Assembly: GCA_046052125.1 (NCBI GenBank)
Contig: JBJOMY010000001.1
Span: 288,001-352,000, forward strand
Direction: 5' to 3'
Source: Cyanobacteriota bacterium
Lineage (GTDB): Bacteria > Cyanobacteriota > Cyanobacteriia > PCC-6307 > Cyanobiaceae
DNA length: 64,000 nt
Made by a program: the position numbers and the translations under genes. Of this stretch, positions 61,376-64,000 are shown in pieces. Below the pieces are notes generated by a model that saw nothing but the letters and a program-made list of their open reading frames with translations, ran no database searches and was not told where the DNA came from. The number at the start of each line of letters is the position of its first letter. Positions within the stretch are counted from its first letter, which is position 1.

Positions 61376-63030
61376 TGCAAGCCTTCGCTGCCCTCTTCCG
61401 TCAGCTGGATGGCACCAGCAGCACCAGCGCCAAACTCGCGGCCCTGGAGGCCTATTTCCGGAGCGTGCCTCCCGCTGATGCGGCCTGGGCCCTGGCGCTG
61501 CTGCTAGGCAAACGGCGCAAGCGCTTGATCACCGGGCGGCGGCTAAGGGAGATCTGCCTGGCCTCCACAGGCCTGCCGGAATGGTTGTTTGAGGCCTGCC
61601 ATGCCCAGGTGGGTGATTCAGCCGAAACGGTGGCCTTGGTGTGGCAGCAACGCCCGGATCACCAAAGCCATCCCCAATCCAGCCGCTCTGGCCTTGAGCA
61701 ACCTCTGGCCCAGTGGATGGATGAGCGACTCCCCGCCCTCGCCGCCCTTCAGGGAGATGAACAAGCCCAAGCGGTGCAGGCCTGTTGGCGCAGCCTGCCG
61801 GCTGATGAACTGCTGCTGGTGAACAAGCTGCTCAGCGGCGGCTTTCGCGTGGGCGTCTCCACCGGGCTGGTCACCCGGGCGCTGGCCCGCAGCGCAGAGC
61901 TCGATGAGGCGTTGGTGGCGCACCGGCTGATGGGTGGGTTCAGCCCAAGTGCAGAAGCCTTCGCCGCGCTCACCGCCGCAGCCGGCCATGGCGAGGATTG
62001 CTCCGCCCGGCCCTATCCCTTTTTCCTGGCCAGCCCGCTGGAGCCTGGCCAGCTGGAGCACACGTCTCCCGAAAGCTGGCAGCTGGAGTGGAAATGGGAT
62101 GGGATCCGCGGTCAGTTGATTCACCGCGCCGGCGGTTGCAGCCTCTGGAGCCGCGGCGAAGAACTAATCAATGAGGCCTTCCCCGAGCTCATCGCCCTGG
62201 CGGAGGAATTGCCCCAGGGAACGGCGCTGGATGGGGAGGTGATCGTCTGGCATGGCGACGCCGAAACGCCGGAATCCTTCGCCAGCCTGCAGCGGCGGCT
62301 TGGGCGCAAGACACCGAGCCGCAGCCTGCAGCGCGACTGTCCCGCAGCATTTGTGGCCTACGACCTGCTCGAGCATCAGGGCATTGATCTGCGTCAGCAG
62401 CCCTTGCAGCAGCGGCGCGAGCTATTGGAGCAGCTGCATCAGAGCTGGCGGCAGCAACCCGAAACCGCAACCACAGGGCGCCTTCGCCTCTCGGCCACGC
62501 AAACCCTCCAACGCTGGAGCGAGCTAGATGCGGTGCGCGACCAAGCACGTGCAAAGCGAGCTGAAGGGCTGATGCTCAAAGCCCTCGACTCGCCCTATCT
62601 GGTGGGGCGCAAACGCGGCCACTGGTGGAAGCACAAGCTCGAGCCACTGCGGCTGGATGCCGTGCTGCTCTACGCCCAGGCCGGTAGCGGTAAGCGCGCC
62701 AACCTCTACACCGATTACAGCTTCGGCCTCTGGAACGACGACGGCGAGTTGGTGACCTTCGCCAAGGCCTACTCCGGACTCGACGATGGTGAAATCCGTC
62801 AGCTGGACCGCTGGATTCGCGCCCACACCACCGAGCGCTTCGGGCCGGTGCGAGCCGTAGAGCCGCTGCAGGTGTTTGAGCTGGCCTTTGAGGGCATTCA
62901 GGCCTCGAAACGCCACAAGTCCGGCTTCGCGGTGCGCTTCCCGCGCATCAGCCGCTGGCGCAGCGACAAACCGGCCAGCGAAGCCGACAGCCTGGCCAGC
63001 GCCCGGGCGCTGATGGAGCAGTTGGCATGA
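61375..63030 (+). CDS. ATP-dependent DNA ligase
   Basis: EWKWDGIR, LDGE, YDLL, EGLMLK, WWKHK, VRFPR. Confidence 0.94.
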   Translation: MQAFAALFRQLDGTSSTSAKLAALEAYFRSVPPADAAWALALLLGKRRKRLITGRRLREICLASTGLPEWLFEACHAQVGDSAETVALVWQQRPDHQSHPQSSRSGLEQPLAQWMDERLPALAALQGDEQAQAVQACWRSLPADELLLVNKLLSGGFRVGVSTGLVTRALARSAELDEALVAHRLMGGFSPSAEAFAALTAAAGHGEDCSARPYPFFLASPLEPGQLEHTSPESWQLEWKWDGIRGQLIHRAGGCSLWSRGEELINEAFPELIALAEELPQGTALDGEVIVWHGDAETPESFASLQRRLGRKTPSRSLQRDCPAAFVAYDLLEHQGIDLRQQPLQQRRELLEQLHQSWRQQPETATTGRLRLSATQTLQRWSELDAVRDQARAKRAEGLMLKALDSPYLVGRKRGHWWKHKLEPLRLDAVLLYAQAGSGKRANLYTDYSFGLWNDDGELVTFAKAYSGLDDGEIRQLDRWIRAHTTERFGPVRAVEPLQVFELAFEGIQASKRHKSGFAVRFPRISRWRSDKPASEADSLASARALMEQLA

Positions 63031-64000
63031 GCACTCCACTCGCACCGATCGAGGCCTGGTTCGCCGAGCAGGGCTGGAGCCCGATGGCATTCCAGCGGCA
63101 GTGCTGGCAGGCCTATCTGGCGGGCGAAAGCGGACTGCTGCAGGTGCCCACCGGCTCCGGCAAGACCTACGCCGCCGTGATGGGCCCGATCGCGGAAATG
63201 CTGGCGGCGCAGCAAAACGACCCAAAAACCCGCGGCCTGCGGCTGCTGGTGATCACACCGCTGCGGGCCCTCAGCCGCGATCTGGCCCTGGCGATTGAGC
63301 AACCGATCACCGCCATGGGCTGGCCACTGCGGGTGGCGATCCGCAATGGCGATACGGCCACCTATGAGCGCAGCAAGCAACTACGCACCCCGCCCGAGAT
63401 CCTGATCACCACCCCCGAATCGCTGAGCGTGCTGCTGGCCAACGCCAAGGCACCCGAGCTGTTCGCCCAGCTGCAGGCGGTGGTGCTCGATGAATGGCAC
63501 GAGCTCATGGGCAGTAAGCGCGGCAGCCAAACGGAGCTCTGCCTCAGCTGGTTGCGGCGGCTGCGGCCCCAGCTGCGCACCTGGGCGATCAGCGCAACCA
63601 TCGGCAACCTTGAAGAAGCCGCACGAGCCGCCCTCGGGATGGCCGCGGGCACGCCGCGGATTGTCACCTCCGAGATCCAGCGAGCCACAGCGATCCGCAG
63701 CCTGCTGCCCGAGAGCATCGACGGCTTCCCCTGGGGCGGTCACCTGGGGCTGCGCATGTATGAGGAGCTGGTGGCCGGACTGGATCCGGCGGTGAGCACG
63801 CTGCTGTTCACCAACACCCGCAACCAGGCCGAACGCTGGCATCAGTGTTTGCGCTTTGCCTGCCCGGAGATGGAGGACGCCCTGGCGCTCCACCACAGCG
63901 CCATCGACCGCGCCGAACGCGAAGCGATTGAAGCGCGGGTGAAGGCTGGCGAGTTGCGCTGGGTGGTGTGCACCAGCTCCCTGGATCTGGGAGTCGACTT
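63027..64000 (+). CDS. Ligase-associated Lhr-like DEXH helicase (runs off the window end)
   Basis: ATG 63027 overlaps the ligase stop. PTGSGKT, ITPLRAL, ITTPESL, VLDEWHEL, ISAT, FTNTR, HHS, CTSSLDLGVD. Confidence 0.92.
   Translation, partial: MSTPLAPIEAWFAEQGWSPMAFQRQCWQAYLAGESGLLQVPTGSGKTYAAVMGPIAEMLAAQQNDPKTRGLRLLVITPLRALSRDLALAIEQPITAMGWPLRVAIRNGDTATYERSKQLRTPPEILITTPESLSVLLANAKAPELFAQLQAVVLDEWHELMGSKRGSQTELCLSWLRRLRPQLRTWAISATIGNLEEAARAALGMAAGTPRIVTSEIQRATAIRSLLPESIDGFPWGGHLGLRMYEELVAGLDPAVSTLLFTNTRNQAERWHQCLRFACPEMEDALALHHSAIDRAEREAIEARVKAGELRWVVCTSSLDLGVD

Overview
GC-rich picocyanobacterial chromosome segment (Synechococcus/Cyanobium group, inferred from psaK, petN, psb29/thf1, ftsH2, dxs and the purK-6S RNA linkage). 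About 1-25,000 is an accessory, island-like region whose left edge lies outside the window. It holds a secreted trypsin-like protease/coiled-coil/Rho_N-like operon and a four-gene extended type III restriction-modification locus (SNF2 helicase, DUF4391-like, Mod, Res). It also holds an HNH-like orphan, a tightly linked cytochrome b-PRTase-nucleoside deoxyribosyltransferase-TrpF-like-SelO cluster, and orphan genes. A tract of decaying genes (CopD-like, HD hydrolase, thermonuclease, PIN toxin) and an intact MNT-HEPN pair close the island. From about 25,400 to the end is mostly core genome: psaK, dxs, ilvA, scpB, yggT (frameshifted), mazG-like, pyk, ftsH, clpP, psb29, cofH-like, petN, clpS, 6S RNA, purK, recQ, aroB, a lysozyme, nadA, class I aldolase and the exonuclease-ATP ligase-Lhr cluster. 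The best candidates for undescribed systems are the extended type III R-M operon, the PRT-NDT-TrpF-SelO cluster and the protease operon. No tRNA, rRNA, CRISPR array, integrase or transposase was seen. All family calls come from motif recognition by eye; no database search was run.
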